DNA from: the human T2T-CHM13v2.0 reference genome, Homo sapiens
DNA: 64,000 nt
Reading direction: 5' to 3' (one strand)
Assembly (NCBI RefSeq): GCF_009914755.1
Contig: NC_060946.1
Part shown: positions 12,901-25,500 of the stretch, in pieces
Numbering within the stretch: the first letter of the stretch is position 1
Layout: each line of letters begins with the position of its first letter
The notes under the pieces: generated by a model
Told to the model about the DNA's origin: nothing
Databases searched by the model: none
The model's input: only the letters and a program-made list of their open reading frames with translations
Translations under genes and position numbers: made by a program

Positions 12901-14891
12901 GATATTCCCGTTTCCAACGAAATCTTCAAATCTATCCAAATGTCCACTTGCAGATTCAACAAAAAGTGTTTTTCAGAACTGCTCTATCAAAAGAAAGATC
13001 CACCTCTGTTAGCTGAGTTCACACATCACAAACAAGTTTATGAGAATGCTTCTGTCTAGTTTTTATTTGAAGATATTTCCTTTCTCACCATAGACCTGAA
13101 AGCTGTCCTAATGTTCACTTCCAGATACTACAGAAAGAGTGTTTCAAAACTGCTGTACGAAAGGGAATGTTCAACTCTGTGACTTGAATGCACACATCAC
13201 AAAGAAGTTTCTGAGGATGCTGCTGTCTACTTTTTATACGTAATCCCGTTTCCAACGAAATCCTCCAAGCTATCCAAATATCCACTTGCAGATTCCACAG
13301 AAAGACTGTTTCAAAACTGCTCTGTCAATAGAAAGGTTCAACTCTGCTAACTGCGTGCATATATCCCAAAGAAGATTCTGAGATTGCTTCTGTCTAGTTT
13401 TTATGGGAAGATATTTCCCTTTTCACCGTAGGCGTCAAGGCGCTCCAAATGTCCACTTCCAGATACTACAAAAAGAGTGTTTCAAACCTACTCTGTGAAA
13501 GGGAATATTCAACTCTGTGACTTGAATGCAGATATCACAAAGAAGTTTCTGAGAATGCTTCTGTCGAGATTTTATATGAAGATATTCCCGTTTCCAACGA
13601 AATCCTGAAATCTATCCAAATATCCCCTCGCAGATTCTACAAAAAGAGTGTTTCAAAACTGCTCTGTAAAAAGAAAGGTTCAACTCTGTTAGTTGAGTAC
13701 ACACATCACAAACAAGTTTCACAGAATGCTTCTTTCTAGCTTGTAGGGGAAGATATTCCCTTTCTCACCATGGGCCTCCAACCGTCCGAAACATCCACTT
13801 CCATATACTACAAAAAGAGCGTTTCAAACCTGCTCTATGAAAGGCAATGTTCAACTCTGTGACTTGAAAGCAGACATCACAGAGCAGTTTCTGAGAATGC
13901 TTCTGTCTAGATTTTATAGGAAGATATTCCCGTTTCCAACGAAATCTTCACAGCTATCCAAATATCCACTTGCAGATTCTACAAAAAGAGTGTATCAAAA
14001 CTGCTCTGTCAAAAGGAAGGTTCTTCTCTGTTAGGTGAGTGCATACGTCATAAAGGAGTTTCTGAGAATGTTTCTGTCTAGTGGTTATGGGAAGATATTT
14101 GCTTTTTCACCGTAGGCCTCAGAGCGCTCCAAATATCCACTTGCACAAACTACAAAAAGAGTGCCTCAAAGCTGCTCTCTGAAACGGAATGTTCAACTCT
14201 ATGAGTTGAATGCAAACATCACAAAGACGTTTCTGAGAATGCTTCTGTCTAGATTTGATATGAAGATATTCCCGTTTCCAACGAAATCTTCAAATCCATC
14301 CAAATGTCCACTTGCATAATCAACAAAAAGTGTTTTTCAGAACTGCTCTATCAAAAGAAAGATCCACCTCTGTTAGCTGAGTTCACACATCACAAACAAG
14401 TTTATGAGAATGCTTCTGTCTAGTTTTTATTTGAAGATATTTCCTTTCTCACCATAGACCTGAAAGCTGTCCTAATGTTCACTTCCAGATACTACAGAAA
14501 GAGTGTTTCAAAACTGCTGTACGAAAGGGAATGTTCAACTCTGTGACTTGAATGCACACATCACAAAGAAGTTTCTGAGGATGCTGCTGTCTACTTTTTA
14601 TACGTAATCCCGTTTCCAACGAAATCCTCCAAGCTATCCAAACATCCACTTACAGATTCCACAGAAAGACTGTTTCAAAACTGCTCTGTCAATAGAAAGG
14701 TTCAACTCTGTTAGCTGCGTGCATATATCCCAAAGAAGATTCTGAGATTGCTTCCGTCTAGTTTTTATGGGAAGATATTTCCCTTTTCACCGTAGGCGTC
14801 AAGGCGCTCCAAATGTCCACTTCCAGATACTACAAAAAGAGTGTTTCAAACCTACTCTGTGAAAGCGAATATTCAACTCTGTGACTTTAAT
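3980..14891. repeat. Tandem duplication of a 4-HOR (5,456-bp) block, two copies
   Basis: Rare variants pair at exactly +5,456: ctgataatg 4005/9461, acaaaatgag 5461/10917, cgtcaaaaagg 7231/12687, ctgctaactg 7891/13347, aaacatccacttac 9187/14643. Confidence 0.9.
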
Positions 14892-17800
14892 GCACATATC
14901 ACAAAGAAGTTTCTGAGAATGCTTCTGTCGATATTTTATATGAAGATATTCCCGTTTCCAACGAAATCCTGAAATCTATCCAAATATCCCCTCGCAGATT
15001 CTACAAAAAGAGTGTTTCAAAACTGCTCTGTAAAAAGAAAGGTTCAACTCTGTTAGTTGAGTACACACATCACAAACAAGTTTCACAGAATGCTTCTTTC
15101 TAGCTTGTAGGGGAAGATATTCCCTTTATCACCATGGGCCTCCAACCGTCCGAAACGTCCACTTCCATATACTACAAAAAGAGCGTTTCAAACCTGCTCT
15201 AGGAAAGGCAATGTTCAACTCTGTGACTTGAATGCAGACATCACAGAGCAGTTTCTGAGAATGCTTCTGTCTAGATTTTATAGGAAGATATTCCCGTTTC
15301 CAACGAAATCTTCACAGCTATCCAAATATCCACTTGCAGATTCTACAAAAAGAGTGTATCAAAACTGCTCTGTCAAAAGGAAGGTTCTACTCTGTTAGGT
15401 GAGTGCATACGTCATAAAGGAGTTTCTGAGAATGTTTCTGTCTAGTGGTTATGGGAAGATATTTGCTTTTTCACCGTAGGCCTCAGAGCGCTCCAAATAT
15501 CCACTTGCACATACTACAAAAAGAGTGCCTCAAAGCTGCTCTTTGAAACGGAATGTTCAACTCTATGAGTTGAATGCAAACATCACAAAGACGTTTCTGA
15601 GAATGCTTCTGTCTAGATTTGATATGAAGATATTCCCGTTTCCAACGAAATCTTCAAATCTATCCAAATGTCCACTTGCAGATTCAACAAAAAGTGTTTT
15701 TCAGAACTGCTCTATCAAAAGAAAGATCCACCTCTGTTAGGTGAGTTCACACATCACAAACAAGTTTATGAGAATGCTTCTGTCTAGTTTTTATTTGAAG
15801 ATATTTCCTTTCTCACCATAGACCTGAAAGCTGTCCTAATGTTCACTTCCAGATACTACAGAAAGAGTGTTTCAAAACTGCTGTATGAAAGGGAATGTTC
15901 AACTCTGTGACTTGAATGCACACATCACAAAGAAGTTTCTGAGGATGCTGCTGTCTACTTTTTATATGTAATCCCGTTTCCAACGAAATCCTCCAAGCTA
16001 TCCAAATATCCACTTGCAGATTCCACAGAAAGACTGTTTCAAAACTGCTCTGTCAATAGAAAGGTTCAACTCTGTTAGCTGCGTGCATATATCCCAAAGA
16101 AGATTCTGAGATTGCTTCTGTCTAGTTTTTATGGGAAGATATTTCCCTTTTCACCGTAGGCGTCAAGGCGCTCCAAATGTCCACTTCCAGATACTACAAA
16201 AAGAGTGTTTCAAACCTACCCTGTGAAAGGGAATATTCAACTCTGTGACTTGAATGCGCATATCACAAAGAAGTTTCTGATAATGCTTCTGTCGAGATTT
16301 TATATGAAGATATTCCCGTTTCCAAAAAAATCCTGAAATCTATCCAAATATCCCCTCGCAGATTCTACAAAAAGAGTGTTTCAAAACTGCTCTGTAAAAA
16401 GAAAGGTTCAACTCTGTTAGTTGAGTACACACATCACAAACAAGTTTCCCAGAATGCTTCTTTCTAGCTTGTAGGGGAAGATATTCCCTTTATCACCATG
16501 GGCCTCCAACCGTCCGAAACATCCACTTCCATATACTACAAAAAGAGCGTTTCAAACCTGCTCTATGAAAGGCAATGTTCAACTCTGTGACTTGAAAGCA
16601 GACATCACAGAGCAGTTTCTGAGAATGCTTCTGTCTAGATTTTATAGGAAGATATTCCCGTTTCCAACGAAATCTTCACAGCTATCCAAATATCCACTTG
16701 CAGATTCTACAAAAAGAGTGTATCAAAACTGCTCTGTCAAAAGGAAGGTTCTTCTCTGTTAGGTGAGTGCATACGTCATAAAGGAGTTTCTGAGAATGTT
16801 TCTGTCTAGTGGTTATGGGAAGATATTTGCTTTTTCACCGTAGGCCTCAGAGCGCTCCAAATATCCACTTGCACATACTACAAAAAGAGTGCCTCAAAGC
16901 TGCTCTCTGAAACGGAATGTTCAACTCTATGAGTTGAATGCAAACATCACAAAGACGTTTCTGAGAATGCTTCTGTCTAGATTTGATATGAAGATATTCC
17001 CGTTTCCAACGAAATCTTCAAATCTATCCAAATGTCCACTTGCAGATTCAACAAAAAGTGTTTTTCAGAACTGCTCTATCAAAAGAAAGATCCACCTCTG
17101 TTAGCTGAGTTCACACATCACAAACAAGTTTATGAGAATGCTTCTGTCTAGTTTTTATTTGAAGATATTTCCTTTCTCACCATAGACTTGAAAGCTGTCC
17201 TAATGTTCACTTCCAGATACTACAGAAAGAGTGTTTCAAAACTGCTGTACGAAAGGGAATGTTCAACTCTGTGACTTGAATGCACACATCACAAAGAAGT
17301 TTCTGAGGATGCTGCTGTCTACTTTTTATACGTAATCCCGTTTCCAACGAAATCCTCCAAGCTATCCAAATATCCACTTGCAGATTCCACAGAAAGACTG
17401 TTTCAAAACTGCTCTGTCAATAGAAAGGTTCAACTCTGTTAGCTGCGTGCATATATCCCAAAGAAGATTCTGAGATTGCTTCTGTCTAGTTTTTATGGGA
17501 AGATATTTCCCTTTTCACCGTAGGCGTCAAGGCGCTCCAAATGTCCACTTCCAGATACTACAAAAAGAGTGTTTCAAACCTACTCTGTGAAAGGGAATAT
17601 TCAACTCTGTGACTTGAATGCACATATCACAAAGAAGTTTCTGAGAATGCTTCTGTCGAGATTTTATATGAAGATATTCCCGTTTCCAACGAAATCCTGA
17701 AATCTATCCAAATATCCCCTCGCAGATTCTACAAAATGAGTGTTTCAAAACTGCTCTGTAAAAAGAAAGGTTCAACTCTGTTACTTGAGTACACACATCA

Positions 17801-19599
17801 CAAACAAGTTTCACAGAATGCTTCTTTCTAGCTTCTAGGGGTAGATATTCCCTTTATCACCATGGTCCTCAAACCGTCCGAAACGTCCACTTCCATATAC
17901 TACAAAAAGAGCGTTTCAAACCTGCTCTAGGAAAGGCAATGTTCAACTCTGTGACTTGAATGCAGACATCACAGAGCAGTTTCTGAGAATGCTTCTGTCT
18001 AGATTTTATAGGAAGATATTCCCGTTTCCAACGAAATCTTCACAGCTATCCAAATATCCACTTGCAGATTCTACAAAAAGAGTGTATCCAAACTGCTCTG
18101 TCAAAAGGAAGGTTCTTCTCTGTTAGGTGAGTGCATACGTCATAAAGGAGTTTCTGAGAATGTTTCTGTCTAGTGGTTATGGGAAGATATTTGCTTTTTC
18201 ACCGTAGGCCTCAGAGCGCTCCAAATATCCACTTGCACATACTACAAAAAGAGTGCCTCAAAGCTGCTCTCTGAAATGGAATGTTCAACTCTATGAGTTG
18301 AATGCAAACATCACAAAGACGTTTCTGAGAATGCTTCTGTCTAGATTTGATATGAAGATATTCCCGTTTCCAACGAAATCTTCAAATCTATCCAAATGTC
18401 CACTTGCAGATTCAACAAAAAGTGTTTTTCAGAACTGCTCTATCAAAAGAAAGATCCACCTCTGTTAGCTGAGTTCACACATCACAAACAAGTTTATGAG
18501 AATGCTTCTGTCTAGTTTTTATTTGAAGATATTTCCTTTCTCACCATAGACCTGAAAGCTGTCCTAATGTTCACTTCCAGATACTACAGAAAGAGTGTTT
18601 CAAAACTGCTGTACGAAAGGGAATGTTCAACTCTGTGACTTGAATGCACACATCACAAAGAAGTTTCTGAGGATGCTGCTGTCTACTTTTTATACGTAAT
18701 CCCGTTTCCAACGAAATCCTCCAAGCTATCCAAATATCCACTTGCAGATTCCACAGAAAGACTGTTTCAAAACTGCTCTGTCAATAGAAAGGTTCAACTC
18801 TGTTAGCTGCGTGCATATATCCCAAAGAAGATTCTGAGATTGCTTCTGTCTAGTTTTTATGGGAAGATATTTCCCTTTTCACCGTAGGCGTCAAGGCGCT
18901 CCAAATGTCCACTTCCAGATACTACAAAAAGAGTGTTTCAAACCTACTCTGTGAAAGCGAATATTCAACTCTGTGACTTGAATGCACATATCACAAAGAA
19001 GTTTCTGAGAATGCTTCTGTCGAGATTTTATATGAAGATATTACCGTTTCCAACGAAATCCTGAAATCTATCCAAATATCCCCTCGCAGATTCTACAAAA
19101 AGAGTGTTTCAAAACTGCTCTGTAAAAAGAAAGGTTCAACTCTGTTAGTTGAGTACACACATCACAAACAAGTTTCACAGAATGCTTCTTTCTAGCTTGT
19201 AGGGGAAGATATTCCCTTTCTCACCATGGGCCTCCAACCGTCCGAAACATCCACTTCCATATACTACAAAAAGAGCGTTTCAAACCTGCTCTATGAAAGG
19301 CAATGTTCAACTCTGTGACTTGAATGCAGACATCACAGAGCAGTTTCTGAGAATGCTTCTGTCTAGATTTTATAGGAAGATATTCCCGTTTCCAACGAAA
19401 TCTTCACAGCTATCCAAATATCCACTTGCAGATTCTACAAAAAGAGTGTATCAAAACTGCTCTGTCAAAAGGAAGGTTCTTCTCTGTTAGGTGAGTGCAT
19501 ACGTCATAAAGGAGTTTCTGAGAATGTTTCTGTCTAGTGGTTATGGGAAGATATTTGCTTTTTCACCGTAGGCCTCAGAGCGCTCCAAATATCCCCTTG

Positions 19600-22500
19600 C
19601 ACATACTACAAAAAGAGTGCCTCAAAGCTGCTCTCTGAAACGGAATGTTCAACTCTATGAGTTGAATGCAAACATCACAAAGACGTTTCTGAGAATGCTT
19701 CTGTCTAGATTTGATATGAAGATATTCCCGTTTCCAACGAAATCTTCAAATCTATCCAAATGTCCACTTCTATAATCAACAAAAAGTGTTTTTCAGAACT
19801 GCTCTATCAAAAGAAAGATCCACCTCTGTTAGCTGAGTTCACACATCACAAACAAGTTTATGAGAATGCTTCTGTCTAGTTTTTATTTGAAGATATTTCC
19901 TTTCTCACCATAGACCTGAAAGCTGTCCTAATGTTCACTTCCAGATACTACAGAAAGAGTGTTTAAAAACTGCTGTACGAAAGGGAATGTTCAACTCTGT
20001 GACTTGAATGCACACATCACAAAGAAGTTTCTGAGGATGCTGCTGTCTACTTTTTATACGTAATCCTGTTTCCAACGAAATCCTCCAAGCTATCCAAATA
20101 TCCACTTGCAGATTAAACAGAAAGAATGTTTCAAAACTGCTCTGTCAATAGAAAGGTTCAACTCAGTTAGCTGCGTGCATATATCCCAAAGAAGATTCTG
20201 AGATTGCTTCTGTCTAGTTTTTATGGGAAGATATTTCCCTTTTCACCGTAGGCGTCAAGGCGCTCCAAATGTCCACTTCCAGATACTACAAAAAGAGTGT
20301 TTCAAACCTAATCTGTGAAAGGGAATATTCAACTCTGTAACTTGAATGCACATATCACAAAGAAGTTTCTGAGAATGCTTCTGTCGAGATTTTATGTGAA
20401 GATATTCCCGTTTCCAACGAAATCCTGAAATCTATCCAAATATCCCCTCGCAGATTCTACAAAAAGAGTGTTTCAAAACTGCTCTGTAAAAAGAAAGGTT
20501 CAACTCTGTTAGTTGAGTACACACATCACAAACAAGTTTCACAGAATGCTTCTTTCTAGCTTGTAGGGGAAGATATTCCCTTCATCACCATGGGCCTCAA
20601 ACCGTCCGAAACGTCCACTTCCATATACTACAAAAAGAGCGTTTCAAACCTGCTCTATGAAAGGCAATGTTCAACTCTGTGACTTGAATGCAGACATCAC
20701 AGAGCAGTTTCTGAGAATGCTTCTGTCTAGATTTTATAGGAAGATATTCCCGTTTCCAACGAAATCTTCACAGCTATCCAAATATCCACTTGCAGATTCT
20801 ACAAAAAGAGTGTATCAAAACTGCTCTGTCAAAAGGAAGGTTCTTCTCTGTTAGGTGAGTGCATACGTCATAAAGGAGTTTCTGAGAATGTTTCTGTCTA
20901 GTGGTTATGGGAAGATATTTGCTTTTTCACCGTAGGCCTCAGAGCGCTCCAAATGTCCACTTGCATATACTACAAAAAGAGTGCTTCAAACCTGCTCTCT
21001 GAAACGGAATGTTCAACTCTATGAGTTGAATGCAAACATCACAAAGACGTTTCTGAGAATGCTTCTGTCTAGATTTGATATGAAGATATTCCCGTTTCCA
21101 ACGAAATCTTCAAATCTATCCAAATGTCCACTTGCAGATTCAACAAAATGTGTTTTTCAGAACTGTTCTATCAAAAGAAAGATCCACCTCTGTTAGCTGA
21201 GTTCACACATCACAAACAAGTTTATGAGAATGCTTCTGTCTAGTTTTTATTTGAAGATATTTCCTTTCTCACCATAGACCTGAAAGCTGTCCTAATGTTC
21301 ACTTCCAGATACTACAGAAAGAGTGTTTCAAAACTGCTGTACCAAAGGGAATGTTCAACTCTGTGACTTGAATGCACACATCACAAAGAAGTTTCTGAGG
21401 ATGCTGCTGTCTACTTTTTATACGTAATCCCGTTTCCAACGAAATCCTCCAAGCTATCCAAATATCCACTTGCAGATTCCACAGAAAGACTGTTTCAAAA
21501 CTGCTCTGTCTATAGAAAGGTTCAACTCTGTTAGCTGCGTGCATATATCCCAAAGACGATTCTGAGATTGCTTCTGTCTAGTTTTTATGGGAAGATATTT
21601 CCCTTTTCACCGTAGGCGTCAAGGCGCTCCAAATGTCCACTTCCAGATGCTACAAAAAGAGTGTTTCAAACCTACTCTGTGAAAGGGAATATTCAACTCT
21701 GTGACTTGAATGCAGATATCACAAAGAAGTTTCTGAGAATGCTTCTGTCGAGATTTTATATGAAGATATTCCCGTTTCCAACGAAATCCTGAAATCTATC
21801 CAAATATCCCCTTGCAGATTCTACAAAAAGAGTGTTTCAAAACTGCTGTGTAAAAAGAAAGGTTCAACTCTGTTAGTTGAGTACACACATCACAGCAAGT
21901 TTCACAGAATGCTTCTTTCTAGCTTGTAGGGGAAGATATTTCCTTTATCACCATGGGCCTCAAACCATCCGAAACGTCCACTTCCATATACTAAAAAAAG
22001 AATGTTTGAAACCTGCTCTATGAAAGGCAATGTTCAAGTCTGTGACTTGAATGCAGACATCACAGAGCAGTTTCTGAGAATGCTTCTGTGCAGACTTTAT
22101 AGGAAGATATTCCCGTTTCCAACGAAATCTTCACAGCTATCCAAATATCCACTTGCAGTTACTACAAAAAGAATGTATCAAAAATGCTCTGTCAAAAGGA
22201 AAGTTCTTCTCTGCTAGTTGAGTACATACGTCATAAAGAAGTTTCTGAGAATGTTTCTGTCTAGTGGTTATGGGAAGATATTTGCTTTTTCACCGTAGGC
22301 CTCTGAGCGCTCCAAATGTCCACTTGCACATGCTACAAAAAGAGTGCTTCAAAGCTGCTCTCTGAAAGGGAATGTTCAACTCTATGAGTTGAATGTAAAC
22401 ATCACAAAGACGTTTCTGAGAATGCGTCTGTGTAGATTTGATATGAAGATATTCCCGTTTCCAACGAAATCTTCAAATCTATCCAAATGTCCACTTGCAG

Positions 22501-25500
22501 ATTCAACAAAAAGTGTTTTTCAAAACTGCTGTATCAAAAGAAAGATCCACGTCTGTTAGCTGAGTTCACACATCACAAAGAAGTTTATGAGAATGCTTCT
22601 GTCTAGTTTTTATTTGAAGATATTTCCTTTCTCACCATAGACCTGAAAGCTGTCGTAATGTTTACTTCCAGATACTACAGAAAGAGTGTTTCAAAACTGC
22701 TGTACGAAACGGAATGTTCAACTCTGTGACTTGAATGCACACATCACAAAGAAGTTTCTGAGGATGCTGCTGTCTACTTTTTATACGTAATCCCGTTTCC
22801 AACGAAATCCTCCAAGCTATCCAAATATCCACTTGTAGATTCCACAGAAAGACTGTTTCAAAACTGCTCTGTCAATAGAAAGGTTCAACTCTGTTAGCTG
22901 CGTGCATATATCCCAAAGAAGATTCTGAGATTGCTTCTGTCTAGTTTTTATGGGAAGATATTTCCCTTTTCACCGTAGGTGTCAAGGCGCTCCAAATGTC
23001 CACTTCCAGATACTACAAAAAGAGTGTTTCAAACCTACTCTGTGAAAGGGAATATTCAACTCTGTGACTTGAATGCACATATCACAAAGAAGTTTCTGAG
23101 AATGCTTCTGTCGAGATTTTATATGAAGATATTCCCGTTTCCAACGAAATCCTGAAATCTATCCAAATATCCCCTCGCAGATTCTACAAAAAGAGTGTTT
23201 CAAAACTGTTCTGTAAAAAGAAAGGTTCAACTCTGTTAGTTGAGTACACACATCACAAACAAGTATCACAGAATGCTTCTTTCTAGCTTGTAGGGGAAGA
23301 TATTCCCTTTATCACCATGGGCCTCAAACCGTCCGAAACGTCCACTTCCATATACTTCAAAAAGAGCGTTTCAAACCTGCTCTATGAAAGGCAATGTTCA
23401 ACTCTGTGACTTGAATGCAGACATCACAGAGCTGTTTCTGAGAATGCTTCTGTCTAGATTTTATAGGAAGATATTCCCGTTTCCAACGAAATCTTCACAG
23501 CTATCCAAATATCCACTTGCAGATTCTACAAAAAGAGTGTATCCAAACTGCTCTGTCAAAAGGAAGGTTCTTCTCTGTTAGGTGAGTGCATACGTCATAA
23601 AGGAGTTTCTGAGAATGTTTCTGTCTAGTGGTTATGGGAAGATATTTGCTTTTTCACCGTAGGCCTCAGAGCGCTCCAAATATCCACTTGCACATACTAC
23701 AAAAAGAGTGCCTCAAAGCTGCTCTCTGAAACGGAATGTTCAACTCTATGAGTTGAATTCAAACATCACAAAGACGTTTCTGAGAATGCTTCTGTCTAGA
23801 TTTGATATGAAGATATTCCCGTTTCCAACGAAATCTTCAAATCTATCCAAATGTCCACTTGCAGATTCAACAAAAAGTGTTTTTCAGAACTGCTCTATCA
23901 AAAGAAAGATCCACCTCTGTTAGCTGAGTTCACACATCCAAACAAGTTTATGAGAATGCTTCTGTCTAGTTTTTATTTGAAGATATTTCCTTTCTCACCA
24001 TAGACCTGAAAGCTGTCCTAATGTTCACTTCTAGATACTACAGAAAGAGTGTTTCAAAACTGCTGTACGAAAGGGAATGTTCAACTCTGTGACTTGAATG
24101 CACACATCACAAAGAAGTTTCTGAGGATGCTGCTGTCTACTTTTTATACGTAATCCTGTTTCCAACGAAATCCTCCAAGCTATCCAAATATCCACTTGCA
24201 GATTCCACAGAAAGAATGTTTCAAAACTGCTCTGTCAATAGAAAGGTTCAACTCAGTTAGCTGCGTGCATATATCCCAAAGAAGATTCTGAGATTGCTTC
24301 TGTCTAGTTTTTATGGGAAGATATTTCCCTTTTCACCGTAGGCGTCAAGGCGCTCCAAATGTCCACTTCCAGATACTACAAAAAGAGTGTTTCAAACCTA
24401 ATCTGTGAAAGGGAATATTCAACTCTGTAACTTGAATGCACATATCACAAAGAAGTTTCTGAGAATGCTACTGTCGAGATTTTATGTGAAGATATTCCCG
24501 TTTCCAACGAAATCCTGAAATCTATCCAAATATCCCCTCGCAGATTCTACAAAAAGAGTGTTTCAAAACTGCTCTGTAAAAAGAAAGGTTCAACTCTGTT
24601 AGTTGAGTACACACATCACAAACAAGTTTCACAGAATGCTTCTTTCTAGCTTGTAGGGGAAGATATTCCCTTCATCACCATGGGCCTCAAACCGTCCGAA
24701 ACGTCCACTTCCATATACTACAAAAAGAGCGTTTCAAACCTGCTCTATGAAAGGCAATGTTCAACTCTGTGACTTGAATGCAGACATCACAGAGCAGTTT
24801 CTGAGAATGCTTCTGTCTAGATTTTATAGGAAGATATTCCCGTTTCCAACGAAATCTTCACAGCTATCCAAATATCCACTTGCAGATTCTACAAAAAGAG
24901 TGTATCAAAACTGCTCTGTCAAAAGGAAGGTTCTTCTCTGTTAGGTGAGTGCATACGTCATAAAGGAGTTTCTGAGAATGTTTCTGTCTAGTGGTTATGG
25001 GAAGATATTTGCTTTTTCACCGTAGGCCTCAGAGCGCTCCAAATGTCCACTTGCACATACTACAAAAAGAGGGCTTCAAACCTGCTCTCTGAAACGGAAT
25101 GTTCAACTCTATGAGTTGAATGCAAACATCACAAAGACGTTTCTGAGAATGCTTCTGTCTAGATTTGATATGAAGATATTCCCGTTTCCAACGAAATCTT
25201 CAAATCTATCCAAATGTCCACTTGCAGATTCAACAAAATGTGTTTTTCAGAACTGCTCTATCAAAAGAAAGATCCACCTCTGTTAGCTGAGTTCACACAT
25301 CACAAACAAGTTTATGAGAATGCTTCTGTCTAGTTTTTATTTGAAGATATTTCCTTTCTCACCATAGACCTGAAAGCTGTCCTAATGTTCACTTCCAGAT
25401 ACTACAGAAAGAGTGTTTCAAAACTGCTGTACGAAAGGGAATGTTCAACTCTGTGACTTGAATGCACACATCACAAAGAAGTTTCTGAGGATGCTGCTGT

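Noticed and set aside
3980-14891. Possibility that the 5,456-bp duplicates are assembly artefacts
   Set aside because: The copies differ at several private sites (e.g. ccaatgaa 8142, atgttgct about 7765, tatcataaa about 10810, gcttttc about 11093), which favours real duplication. Read-level validation is still needed.
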